Below, piece by piece: positions 35,091 through 48,492 of a DNA stretch of 64,000 nucleotides. The DNA comes from Epiperipatus broadwayi. Lineage: Eukaryota > Animalia > Onychophora. The notes under the pieces are model-generated. The model saw only the letters and a program-made list of their open reading frames with translations. It had not been told where the DNA came from and did not search any database. The stretch is from NCBI GenBank assembly GCA_028023455.1, contig JAQFVV010000003.1:18476001-18540000 (forward strand). The letters run 5' to 3'. Each line of letters begins with the position of its first letter. Position 1 is the first letter of the stretch. The position numbers and the translations under genes are program-made.

Positions 35091-38000
35091 TTTAATAATA
35101 ATTTGATATTCTCTTCAGTGATATACATTGTAAAAAAAATTTTTTTATCTCTACACATTGGAAAGCCATTCTTATGTAACTGAAGGATGGAAAGTATCTA
35201 ATTGCTAAATTATCCAAATAACTCTATGACCATATTAGGCTTTACATTGAACTGACAATTTCATGTAACAAAAATAGTTAGTTTATATCTCCAAATGTAA
35301 TAAGACTGATAGCTTAATTATCTTTTATAAATATGATTACCAGCTTTATTTTATTTTATAGAAACAATATTTGTTTTATGGATTACAATAGCAATAGAAA
35401 AACTTTGGCGACATAAGAAAGCAGTTAGACATGTACACATGCACATAGCCATAACCCAGTTAGTTAGATTCAGCATAGAAACATGAGACTATATTAATCA
35501 CAAGAACAATCACTGTAATCAATATTTTGGATTAAAGAAAAGAAAAAAATACTACTAAGTTAAACCTAAGAAAAACGGGACCACCAACCCTCACCATCTC
35601 ACACACGGTCCACCTCAGGATCAATGACGATGGTACATAGCACATTAACAATAATTGCCAGGGTGCCAAATTGTGACCTTAATGAAATTTACTTATACTA
35701 ATCATTATTTCAATAATTTTTTTAATAAATTATAATAATATCTAATGAATGGGTTAATAATTTATTAAATGAATAAAACACTGAGAGCATTTTATAAATA
35801 ATACTAATCATATCATAAATTTTGTATTTATTGGAGAGGAAGAAAATTTAAGCTCGACCCTCCATTGTATTTCCATCTCTCAGCATACTCCCATCCATTT
35901 ACCATTAAAGTCACAATTAAATTTTTAAAAGACTTAAAATATTCCTATGCCCATCCCTCCATCACACTCGCATTCATAGTTCATGTGTACTCCTATTTCA
36001 CTTCATTCTAAAATGTCCATCTTGCTAGCTCTCCAACCCCACTGATAATCTCTCTTCAGGGCTTTAGACTAGTAAGGTCTGGAAGTCTATATAACCTGCT
36101 ATGAATTATGGGTGATAGATAAATATTCTCCCAGTAATTACTTCCATAGTTGACCTTGGCTGAATCTAACATAGCCAATGTCCACTTACACTAAATTTTC
36201 AATAATTAAAATTAAGTTTTAAACATAAATTTTGAAAATAATATATTATAAATGCTTCGATAACTAAAGAAAAATTATTAACAAGTTCATCTGGGAAGGT
36301 ATTTGAATACAGTGGATGGATAAAGGATTTTATGTCCACCCACTGCACTCTCTATCACACAATAACCCTACCACCTATCATAAATCTTTGATCTACATGT
36401 GTTGAATTATTCTACTAACATTCTGAAATTGTGCTTTAAATTCTGCAGTGTTTAATAACTTTTACAAAATAATCTTTTAAATAAATTTTACCTCGTATGA
36501 TTTAACAAAGAAGTTATACTTCAAATTTAAGTGATAGTATATTGATGCATGATTGGGATTTCCAGAATTTATTATACCAACAAAACAGTGAGACATAGAC
36601 AGAAGTTTATTTTAAAACAACAATTTTATTAACAATTATCAACCTTTTTGAAAAAATATTTACATTATTTACACATTTCACATGGCTCTCCCCTGTTCTT
36701 CAACCGTATATAAAAAAAAAATTCACAAAATAAATAACTGATTTTGCTACATTATCAAATAACTAATATTATTTAACTCTTACTGATTGGTTTACACTTG
36801 CCATGGGCTAAAAAAAATGATTATACTATTTACCTTAATAAATTTTAATATTAAAATATAAGAAATTAACTTTCTCCCTATATTTTATGCCCGCAAATAA
36901 ATCATTTGTTTTATGATTAGACAGATTACTTACGAAGATAACTCTCCCTGTAATAATGATCTAATAATTTACAATAATACTTTTAACCTAATATGCCTTA
37001 ACTCTATGCTTTAGATTGGAGATATTTTATGCATTGTTTATACTATTCATGCATTGTTTATACTATTCAAGTGTTTAAGAATCGGTGCTTAGCTAGATCA
37101 TTCATTTACATACTAATGTCCCTACCATAATAATAATAATATCTTAATTGGTTTACCGTTCCAGCGATGTTCTCAGCTGGTTGCAGATATAACTTTAGAT
37201 ACGCGCTGCTTATTATAGTTACTCCCTGTATTTTAAACTCTTAAGTTCAATATTTAACTGAATTAATATTCTTGGCTCTTATTGGTAAAATAAAGCATTT
37301 AAAATAATGCAATGTCTTCGTATAATAAACCACTCATTTAGTCTGCACTCATTAAGAAACATCAAATTAATTTTACGAACCTGTAGACAACTTTTATAAC
37401 TGATACTTTTCTGTACTCTAAATACGACACCCATAAGGAAACGAAGTCAGCATTAACATGAGGGTAGGCAAAGACCCCAATAAGAGAAAAATGTCTTTTT
37501 ATTTAGGTTGAGGTATGCGGAATTTATTGCTAGTCATACAGGGATACATGGGTATGCCTAATACATTCTGGCCATCAATAAAGAAATTATCTTACGGTGT
37601 AGAAGTAGCCAAGTGGGAAACTCATCCACTGCATTTAAATACTTCATAAAATTGAATTAAACATTTAAGTGAGCGAGCTAAACTACAGCTGCACTAGCTA
37701 GGTGGCGATTCGTTAACCAACCACATATACAAAGGTCTCATACTAATTTGTACACATATAAAATTTTACACTTAGATTCCCTCTACGAAATATTGCACTA
37801 ATACATGAGCCAATAATTTTCCAAGCATCAATTAGTTTACGTCTAACTTATTTTAACTTTTGCTATAATAACAATAAAAATAAGAAATATGTATCATCTG
37901 CACAATCATCTTTCTGTACTTTTATAACATAGTTATGGTATTTTATCACAACATGCATTCTATCTTTAAATAAAATGTCTATAAGCATAAATATTTATTA

Positions 38001-40292
38001 ATACCTGATCTCTTAAAACACTCCATATAACAAATGTTCTTACTTATATCTCCGACTCTTTTTATTAAGGGTAAAGCACTAAATTAAGATTTGAATAAGG
38101 CATATTTAAAAAAAAAAAAATTATAATAACTCAACTAATAAAAACTTTAACATAAGTGAAATTTAAACTGAGGTATATGATTAACTTTTTTTTTCTGTTT
38201 AAATTTAATCTTAGTAAATAATAACAACAAGTAATAAAATTATACTTATATAGTCCTCCCACATTGTCTACCGGATCTTTCTTACATTTTCCTGCAAATC
38301 TCATTTAGTTGGTGGTGTGCTTGTTTTATTTGGTTTTGTTCCATGTGCATATGTATTAAATTATATAATCTGTTGGGAAACTCTGAGACAATTTTAGTGA
38401 ATTAATCCTCGAGGTTTATTATTTCCGTTTGAAGTTTTAGCACAAAATCTGTTTTCTTTTTAACAGCGTAAAACATTAATCCCAGGTATTTATTTTAGGA
38501 AATTATTTAGATATTTGTATTCCGTATAATGGAATGCAATATTTTCATTTCATTTAAATGTTTTATTCATTTACGGTTCTTTGCATAAGATTATATTATA
38601 TAGTTGAAGATAACCAGCTTTTCTGTTTAGACATATATGTTGGTCTAATGTTGCTTCACTGCAAGAAGTCTATTAATCCACATATTATCATAATATTCCT
38701 TTAATTTATCCTAGGTTGTTAATATCTTTCTTTGGTTAATAATTATTTTTCTTCTCCTTTATGAGTAATTTATTTTTCATTGATAAATGATTACTTTAAT
38801 TTATAACGATACTGTAAATATTTCAAATGGGATTTAACACATCCATTAGCATTAGTCAGTCAAACACACTCATTTTTAACAAAATCAAAAATTATCTTCT
38901 CGCGGAATTTTGGATAATACAAATAATTAGATCCGTCAGTTTCAATAAATTCAAGTTTAAAATAAAAATTCATAGAATATAGTGTTTCCTCGATTTTTCC
39001 CAAGCAAAATTCTCTCTGCAGTTTAAGCTTCATTGTTTGCCGATTGCTAAAAAGATTGCTTATGTTTGTATGGAAAAAGATCATGATGTTGGTCAACTTC
39101 CAGAGAAATAAATGTTACCTAATATAAAAACTTACAGATCATTTTACAATATTATTAATAATTTGACAAAATTTTTCATTCAGGAACAGAAAACCAGAAA
39201 AAGTAATATAAGACTTAAAATTTTATAATGAAAATTGCTAATTTAACCTGACGAGGTTCCTTTAGCTAATCTGATGATGAATAGAGCTCCACCTAAAGGA
39301 TGGATTAGGTTTTTATACTGTCTAGATTCCCTTCCTGAATGATTGACTTGCCAAACTAATTATATCTAATTTTTAACTGGTTGATTACAATTGTTTATAA
39401 ATTATTTATTCATACTTTGTACAATTATCATGTGGTTTTGTTAAAATTTTCCTGCATGTGGAAATCTCTCTGAAAAAATAAAATGAAAGTTTTTAATAAA
39501 AAAAAATAATACATATCAGCTTGACTTCAAACCCAGAATTTTGAACGGGAATTGGCTATTATGAATGAGTTAGTGAAATAAAATAATAATTTTTTAAAAT
39601 AGCTTTCCACTGATATCATACATTATTTTCCCTGATTAGTAATTAATTCTATAATTAAAATTTATGATAAATTTTACACATATATACTAACACACACACA
39701 CAAAACTCCATGTAAACCGATTGCTAAATACTTTGATTGATTCTTGATTTTTTTTTTTGACAAATTTACTTTCATTAAATTATAGCGTTATAATTTACTA
39801 TTATAAAATACGATCATTTACTATTCACTCTCTCGAAGTTGACTTTGTAAATCCTAACCCCCTCTTGTTCCTTTTCAATCTCCAAACTATTTAAAAAAAT
39901 AATTTATAGAATATTGTTAACAAATAAATTTTTTAACTACGATTTCTGCTTTCATAAAACTTTACTAATTGATATTAAAATAAAATACTCTGTTTTATAA
40001 ACTTTATGAATAAATTTTGTTTTGCGTGCTAAGTAAATTACATAAATCTATTGGACTTTTCTTATGATTTGAATTTAGCACTAGATAGAAAGTGTACATA
40101 TTACCCTACAATACATTTGATGAGGAAAATTTTACTAAACACTATAATAAATAACTTAGCTTCAAATTTAATGGAGCTTTGGTCAAATCCAAAGGCTACA
40201 ATATAAATAAAAAATTCATTCTTTAAATTAAGAGTGAGAATTATTAGCCAAATATCAATACAGGAAGGAACATGGATGAGTTTAATTTGAAT

Positions 40293-41420
40293 AGTATTAT
40301 TAGCAGTAGCAAACTATCCATACAATAGTGTCACCCAGTGCAAGTCTTATTAATCAATGAATTTGTGCTTACTCATCTAATATCTCCAGACTAGTTTCTA
40401 GCTTGTTGCTTTTATCAGTGAGGAGCTTTGGATCTGAGAGCACTGTACCTAAATCTAAAGATCTAATGCAACCTTCCAGTAGCCACCTTTTACCTATTTA
40501 GTTAACCATAAAGCTAGGAGCTCAAGATAAAAACACATTAATGTTTTTAATGCAAGCTCATTTGCCTGTATAAAACAGGCAAAACTCACTATATATATTG
40601 CCACACACAGCAAGCTAGAGTAATTAATAAAAGGAGATGGTCATGTGATGTTTATTGTTTGTATAGTCATATAGACCTGAAGCCAGTTCAGCAGCTGTAC
40701 ATTTTGGTGTCCTTAGTTTATCAAAAACCACAGTCATCATCATCCCCTAGGCAGGAATGGTATAAAACCACCAAAACATCACATGATCGCAATGTCCTAT
40801 GCTAACACAAGCTGTTATTAGCAGTAGCAAACTCTCCATAAAGTACTTTTATCCAGTGCAAGCTTTAATAATCAATGGATGCAGGAAAGTTTGTGCCTAA
40901 AAATCCCCATCTAGTGCCTATTCATTCAATATCCCCAGACTAGTTTCTGGCTTGTGATTTCATCCATGGGGAGCTTTGGATTTGAGAGCACTGCACTAAA
41001 TCTAATAATCTAATGCAAACTTCCAGCAACCACATTTTATCTATTTAGTTAACTATAAAGCTAGGAGCTCAAGATAAAAGCACATTAATGTATAGTAATG
41101 TAGATCTGTACTGGGTGATACTATTGTATGGAGTGGTTGCTACTGCTAATAACAGTTTGTGTAAACATGGGAAATGGTGATCATGATGTTTTGGTGGTTT
41201 TATACTATTCCTGCCTTATGGGATGATAGTAATAAATGAAGGACACCAAAATGTGTAGATATTGGATGAGTAGGCAGTAGATGGGAATTTTATGCACAAA
41301 CCTTCCTGCTTCTCTTGATTACTAAGGCTTGCACTGAGTAGTACACTGTTGGGAAAGTTTTCTACTACTAATAACAGCTTGTATAATCGTAGGAAATGGT
41401 GATCATGTGATATTTTGGTA
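40293..41420. repeat. Unclassified repeat family, cluster B: two long forward copies followed by two reverse copies
   Basis: Forward 40293-40575 and 40685-41092; reverse 41105-41255 and 41258-41420. Confidence 0.88.
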
Positions 41421-42914
41421 GTAATATTATTACTAAAGATTTTCTATTAGTTACTCAAATTACATGATCACTACATATCTTAACGGATAAAAATTTACAT
41501 TAGAATTACTTTAAAAAATGTAATGAAGAATTTCTGCACATTGAGGGGGAAATTTGCGAGTGTTAATAATAAATGAATACTTTCTCACCAATACAAGATA
41601 TAGTATTTATGCAGGAATAAAAGAATCCTCTTACTCCTACGACTCAAACGCTTATATATGAGCAAATCTGAAGTACTGGCAAAGAAAGCATGACAATAGA
41701 ACAGTCACTTTAAATTACTATATATGTTGTCTGAATGAATGATGTTGGTGAAATTATCTAGAATTTACTAAACGTCATTCCAACTGAATCTTAATATGTA
41801 AATAAGCATTTATTTTATATAGCGTATGTAAACAATTGTATTACAGTCAAATATCAGCCTTTCACGCTAATGTATTCATTAAATTATTAATAAAAGAGAA
41901 AGATATTTGATGATTCGTTTGTATTTTCTAATTCATATTTTCAAATTTTATTTTAGGGATGATATATCCAATAATTTTTTTATGGTGAAATTTGGTAATG
42001 TGATATATTCTTGTCTTAAAATCCTTCACACAAATGTATTAAAGTTTACTTAATCTGAATTTGAATGATTTGATTCATGTTATATATAGCAATAAGAAAT
42101 TTCATCTAAGAGTGCTTTTATTTTTGATCAAGTACCATTTACAAATCTATGTATATAATATTTACTAAGGCTGTAATCTCAAAAATGTGCGCGTAAAGAT
42201 CCGATAGTAGGGATCTCTACAGGTCTTAACCAGAAGCTTCCATTTTGGAAGAAAAGAGGAGAACCCTTCTTTACTTCAACCTACTTTCTATATAAATAGG
42301 TGAAGCTGAAGCGGTTAGATCTGAGAGCGTGAAGCTATTCAATACTTCACTGATTAAGTCCACATTTAGTTTTAAATTACAGACCTCTAACAATTTCAGT
42401 TTTAATTGACTTGACTGTTAAGAAATCTTCCTTTTATACTGTCACAACCATTTATGAAAATAAACAAATATTGTTGCTTTTCTATTTATAAATATACATC
42501 TAAATTCATAAACAATGGGACTAACAAATTTAAGATAATCAAAGATAATTAATCTTAGTTTGTACATTTATAAACTCTAAAAAAAAAATTGGTATATCAC
42601 AACTTTATGTATATTATTATTGTTATTTATCATTCCATTATTGTATGCAATTTTATTGTTTGCATTTACTCATCAACATCACTTGGATCTGAATTGACTC
42701 AATATATATATCATTCTTAATTATAATTCATCTTTTGCATGATAAAGCTCTATTCAAGTTTAATTCAATTTCTTTAATCCATAACTTTTCCTTACCATAT
42801 CTCTTAGGATCTAGTTTAAGACTTCAGCTGTCCATCTATTGTCATCTCTTCTAGCATTAAATCACACTTAGCTCCATTTCAGCTTTCTAATTTTTTCCAG
42901 GATATCAGTGTTAT

Positions 42915-43350
42915 TAAACCTCTAAAACATCACATGAACACCATTTCTTATGCTTTCACAAGCTGTTAACACAGTAGCAACTTACTTCATGCAATAATCA
43001 TTCAATGCAAGCCACAGTAATCAATTTGTGCTAGAAGGTTTGTGCATCAAAATGACTATCTAGTGCAAACACCAAAAAGATAGATATTGAATTTGGTTCA
43101 GATCTGGATGACTAGATAAGCAAATGATCTTGGATTGAAAATATTACTGTAATTTCATTTTGGACTCATAGCTTTATAGTTAATTAAAAAAGTAAAAGGT
43201 GGCTGCTTGAGAGTTGCATTAAATCCAAAGATCTAGAAAATAGTCTGGGGATATTGGATGAGTAGGCACTAGTTAGAGATTTTGATGCACAAACCTAGCA
43301 TCCATTGATTACTATGGTTTGCACTAGGTGGCACTACTGTATGGAAAGAG
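42915..43350. repeat. Unclassified repeat family, cluster C: forward arm then reverse arm
   Basis: Forward 42915-43072 and reverse 43150-43350; the arms are mutually complementary over ~90 bp. Confidence 0.85.
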
Positions 43351-43354
43351 CTAT

Positions 43355-43800
43355 ATAGAAGTAAACGGAACATTGGATGCGAGTTAATTTATAATAATAT
43401 TAAGGAAAGTAGTTTATTGTTTAAGGTTCGAACGGGATCTTTAGCAACAAGAGAATATACATGTAAATGGAAAACTATGGGGGATTTAATGTGCAAATTG
43501 TGTAAGGAAGGTATAGAAAATATTAGGCATCTGTTGATTGAATGTAAATGCTTGAAAGCAGAAAGGGTACAGATAATGAAGTTATGGGAGAATAGATATG
43601 AACAAAGTGATTATACAGAAAGTGAGTTATTGGTTTTTATGCTGGGTTTGCAAAAAGATAAGGGGGATTTAGATATAAAGGCCATAGAGTTAACAAAGAT
43701 TATGTTGTGGAAATGGGATGGGGCAGAATATGGGAAGACTTTGAGTGGGGAATGGAAAATAAAGTGTCTAACAGGTTTATCTGGGTATAATTGCTGAGAT
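43355..43800 (+). mobile_element. 5'-truncated non-LTR retrotransposon C-terminal CCHC region
   Basis: YNNIKESSLLFKVRTGSL...CKLCKEGIENIRHLLIEC (C-x2-C-x8-H-x4-C). Confidence 0.72.
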
Positions 43801-44179
43801 ATTCTTGACTTCGTTTAAGGAGAAGCCAAAATACATCACATTACTGATATCACTGTTACTTGTTTACTTTCTTGCCCATTTATGTGTTCACTCACTCATG
43901 TATCTGTCCATATCTTACTGTGGTTAAATTTGTATTGTTTTTCTATTAAATGTCCAAGACTCAGATCTATAAATAAACATTGATTAAATATATCTATTAG
44001 AAATATTTTCAAAAACTTAGGTATATTTGCTCTTAGTGTTATTTTTACTAAAGGTATTTTATCTGCAATTAATTCTGTGATTAATTGTATCTATTGTTTT
44101 TATCTGGACTAATAATCAGAACAAAATATTTATAATTGTTAACTCATGATTAATATTTATTTTTCTGTATGTGAAAAGC

Positions 44180-44570
44180 CATTGAACATCTGATAGTTCT
44201 ATAATATTTTCTGTTTCTGAAGCATTATTTGCAAAATTGTCATGTCTTTTGCAAAATTAATTAAATAATCTCCACTTTTATTTAAATTGTAAAAAAAATT
44301 GATGATGTGAAATCACCTTGTGGTACACTTTAGTTAATCTTGATGTCATTATATAATTATTAATCATTGCCACTGCATATTTATAAATATTCATTAGAAT
44401 TTATTAATAACTAGCTTCAATTACTGTAAAATGTTTATAGAGTCAAATTTTTTTTCATAATCTATAAATCTGAAGCATAATGATAAATGATACTCATTGA
44501 GCCTTTCTATAATTTCTTTTTTAATACTTGGAAATAATCTATTGTGCTAATATCTATTTTAAATTTAACT
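44180..44570 (-). mobile_element. Heavily decayed RTE-like RT fragment
   Basis: Minus strand: FIDYEKKFDSI, VPQGD, GDYLINFAKDM. Confidence 0.5.
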
Positions 44571-45500
44571 TTTTTTTGGTTGATGTGATTTTAAAGTTCT
44601 TCACAGACAATTTAGATTGATCTAAATAAAGATTTTATATAGAACATATAGATGACTGTTAGATTTGTAATTTTTAATATTTTTTGATTCACTTTTTTTT
44701 AAAAATATTAATCACTATTCCATTTTTTCAATTATTATATATATTAATCATTTAGACATTTGATATGTAACTTTATATGTTAAAGAATTTCTTCTTAGGA
44801 AAAGTTAAACAAACTAGCCAATCAATTCATTGTTAACATATTTTTAACTAACTGTGACATCTCACTAAAATAACCAATCAAGCTTGCTTTTTCAGGATAA
44901 TTGTTTTTTGGTTTATAACATTGCTCTTTAGCTAGCACCAAGCCCAATGGTAGTATCCTATGTAATGTATGAAGATTGTACCACATGAATACCTAATCCA
45001 AGATTGATTTATATGTTAAAGCATGAAATAATAAAGATGCAATATTTTTAAATATTAAGCATTTTGTTGTCAAAGTTGATACCAATATGCTACTGGTGAA
45101 TTGATTGGCTGTTTATTTATTCTTTGTTAAGAAATAATTGATTTATATTGTAACCCAGTTTAGCAATGTGCACATTTATTTTAACTTTATTTGTATATTG
45201 CATAAGTAAAGATCTCTGCATATTATACCTATATGCCAAGTATATATATATAATGTATGATTTGGATGTGTCATTTTTTTTACAATATTTAATTGATTGA
45301 TATAACATTTTTGCGGTTCTTATGTGTATCTATTTTATAGTGCATATACACACATACTTTAGCAATAATATTAGTTTGCTAATAGTGATTCATATTTTTT
45401 ATGATGCTAAAAACTCACAATCTTTTTATTTGTTTGTTGTTTTTACAGATGTAAATAATTTATAATTAATTCTATTTATTTATTTATTTTTTAAAAAAAG

Positions 45501-45603
45501 CAATGAAGATAACAAAGTTGAAGAAAAAAAAAGTGATTCAAATTGCTCTCCAACCCAGCCTCGAAATCGCCAGGCATTTTATAATAGAGTTAAAACATTT
45601 TCC
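45501..45603 (+). CDS. ZC3HC1: ZC3HC1/NIPA coding exon 2 (NEDNKVEEKKSDSNCSPTQPRNRQAFYNRVKTFS)
   Basis: RQAFYNRVKTFS matches human KEAFFSRVETFS (start of the zf-C3HC domain). The exon ends at the U12 donor GTATCCTTT. The acceptor (TTTTTTAAAAAAAG) is weak, so the 5' boundary is less certain. Confidence 0.85.
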
Positions 45604-46701
45604 GTATCCTTTATTTTAATAAATTGTTTGATTTATTTTTTATCAATAAAATTTATATTATTAATATTATTTACTTTTACTGTACTATTCTTATTACTAA
45701 TTATTGTATTAATAGTAGTTTCATATTTTTTTCACCTTTTCCATAAACATATTAAATCCAGTTATAAGTTTTTAATAGTATGCTTTTTTATTTATTAAAT
45801 ATATCTCGATTGAAAGTGATTGTCTAAAACATTTGGAATATATAATGTTAAATTATATTAAAAGTGTATAATTAAAATGCTATTTTATTTAGATTTCTTG
45901 TAGTTTTAATAGTATAGTTGATGAAAATATAAACCTACTATCAAGATTTGTATGATTTTGCAAACACACATGCTGCGTGAAAACTGCTGTGAAGTTTAAA
46001 AGTCATTTTTGAAAAATGATGTAATATTGTTTTCAAGGTGTGAATTGGATTAATATTTTTGATGATGGTTTTTCTGTTACTAAAACATGAATAATCCTAT
46101 AGTTGTTTTTATTATAATTAAAAGGAGAGAATTAAATGCTTTTGTTGGGATGATGTATTTTATTACTACTTAATTTACTTGGCTGATTCCATGTATTACT
46201 TTGAATAATAATTAGGAAAAAATTGCATTATGTATAAAGAAAATGAACTGCAAAATAATATGGATATTAATGTATTGCTTAATACACAAAAAATTATATG
46301 AAACTAATAAACAATTAGATGTATTTACAATCATTTCACTTTTTGATCCATGCAAATTTGCAGATCTTTTTTAAATCTTGTCTTAGCTACTATATTCATT
46401 CTAAAGATTTAATATAACCAATACAAGATGATACGTAACTTTTAATTGAATTCTGAAAAACAAACAAACATAGAAACTGAAATTGATTTAAAAACAACTT
46501 TCTATATGCAATGAAGAGTGGAATTTCAGCCACAGTTCACTTCCATAACATCAAAATTATATATTTATGAGTAAACTGTTTCCTTTGATATTGTTATTAT
46601 AAAGCCAAAATATTTTATATTGTTTCAATATATCCATTCCAAAATCATTATCTTTGTAAATTCTTTGTTTATAATTCTTGTCTTCTTTGGTTTGTGATTT
46701 A

Positions 46702-46733
<32 letters not shown>

Positions 46734-48341
46734 TGCAAATCTGAGTATGTTCAAAAAAATGTTTGCTTTTAAAATAATTGTTTTTAGCATTAATTTTTTT
46801 TTTCAATTATGTGGTTTCTTTTGTGTATATGAAAATACTTTTTACATTGTCAGGGGCTTTTATCTAATAAAATATTAAAGAATATAACTGGAGTGGATCA
46901 TGGATATTGCAAGATAAGTGAATAATGGCTAAATTAGAGAAATTTTTAATTGAATTAAAGAGATAAATTGATTTTTTAAAAAAAAATACTCAACTTTAGA
47001 TAGATGGTAAAATTAAAATGTTTACTGAAACATTATGGAAAAATAAAGTTTGTAATAGACAAGTATTGAGATTTTGAAAGACTTTTGCTCTATAATGAGT
47101 CTTTAATGGCTGATAATGTTGATAAAGATTTAAAAACTAACTTATTATATGACTGAACTGTCTACTAATTTACGGTTTCATCACATTTTTAAAATTTTAA
47201 CTAATAATGTCATAATGTTTATTATAATTAAAATAAACTTTTTATAATGTGAGGAAAAGTTAACAAATATGTTACAAATGAAAGTAAAGTTCTCTAAAAG
47301 GGATAGCAAATTTTCTATACCAATTTAGTTTGAGCTTACAACCATTTTGAAATCTAGAGACCAGCCAAAACCTGTTGACACATCCAACCGATAAATGACG
47401 TAAATATTGAATAAAAATAACTTTAAATTCATATTTAAGAAATTGGTTCGATCAGACTTCTGCATCTTTTGGACGATCCTTCGGATTGGCCAAGCCATCC
47501 TTTTCCATCTCCACATATTCAGGTGCTTTGTGCCATCATATTTCAAATATTTTATGAAGGTATTTTTTTTAAAAAAATCCTAATAAAATAAAGCATATTA
47601 TTTACTAGTTTATAATTTCTGAAATATGAATTTAAAGTATTTTTTATTCAATATTTATGTCAGTTATTAGTTGGATGTGTCAGTGGTGGTTTTTACATTT
47701 CAAAATGACCGTGAGCACAAACTAAATCAGGACCAAATTTTCTATTAATAGTTGATAGCACAGTCTAGCATTTAAAATAAAATTGTGCATGTTTAATGGA
47801 TTATATTCAAAAATTATTTTATCAAAGAAGTGCTTCCAGCAATTTTTCTGTTTATGATGAGAAATGTTTGTTGTGTTAAACCGGCTATGGTGATGAAAAG
47901 AGGGGGGGGGTGCTTGTTGGTTGAGATGATAGACAAAAGATTTCCACACAGTTGATTTTGAAGAACTAGTAAAGCAATAAGAAGTTTAAACCTAAACATA
48001 ACATGATCACCATTTTTTATGCTTGCTCATAACTGTTATTAAAACAGGCAAAACTTTCCATACAGTAGTGCCACTCACAAGTTAGAAACTAGTCTGGGAT
48101 ATTGGATGAGTATGCACTAGATAAGGATTTTATGCACAAGCCTTCTGGCATCCATTGATTACTCTGGCTTGCACTGAGTGGCACTACTTTATGGAGAGTT
48201 CTGCCTGTTTTAAGGGTATAGTTTGTTTTTTTATTTTTTAACCTTTTTTTTTATTATTTTTATAACCACATATAACATTTTTAATAACTGAAATTTGAAA
48301 TCCATGGCAACTAGTTATTAATTTCCTTAAAATTCTTTTAG
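45604..48341 (+). other. ZC3HC1: U12-type (minor spliceosome) GT-AG intron, ZC3HC1 intron 2
   Basis: 5' site GTATCCTTTT equals the U12 consensus. Branch site TTTCCTTAAA at 48322-48331 lies about 10 nt from the terminal AG, with no long polypyrimidine tract. Phase 0 gives a continuous TFS-YATW reading. Confidence 0.9.
47990..48212. repeat. Unclassified repeat family, cluster D: forward arm then reverse arm, inside the U12 intron
   Basis: TTAAAACAGGCAAAACTTTCCATACAGTAGTGCCACTCA (about 48038-48078) pairs with TGAGTGGCACTACTTTATGGAGAGTTCTGCCTGTTTTAA (about 48174-48212). Confidence 0.88.
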
Positions 48342-48492
48342 TATGCCACATGGTTTGCTAAACCTAATTGCCTATCACCTCTTCATTGTGCCAGTTATGG
48401 TTGGGAAAATAATGGTGTAGATTTACTCAAGTGTGTTACTTGTCAGTATGTTCTATGTACTCAAATTCCAAAAACAGATAATTTTGAACAAA
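48342..48492 (+). CDS. ZC3HC1: ZC3HC1/NIPA coding exon 3 (YATWFAKPNCLSPLHCASYGWENNGVDLLKCVTCQYVLCTQIPKTDNFEQ + A)
   Basis: Matches human SLKWAGKPFELSPLVCAKYGWVTVECDMLKCSSCQAFLC. Preceded by a U12 branch site and AG; donor AA|GTAAGT. Confidence 0.95.

Noticed and set aside
38185-38270. Transmembrane segment plus basic tail suggesting a viral glycoprotein
   Set aside because: The hydrophobic run ends in a stop and the basic tail is in another frame; such runs are common in AT-rich DNA.
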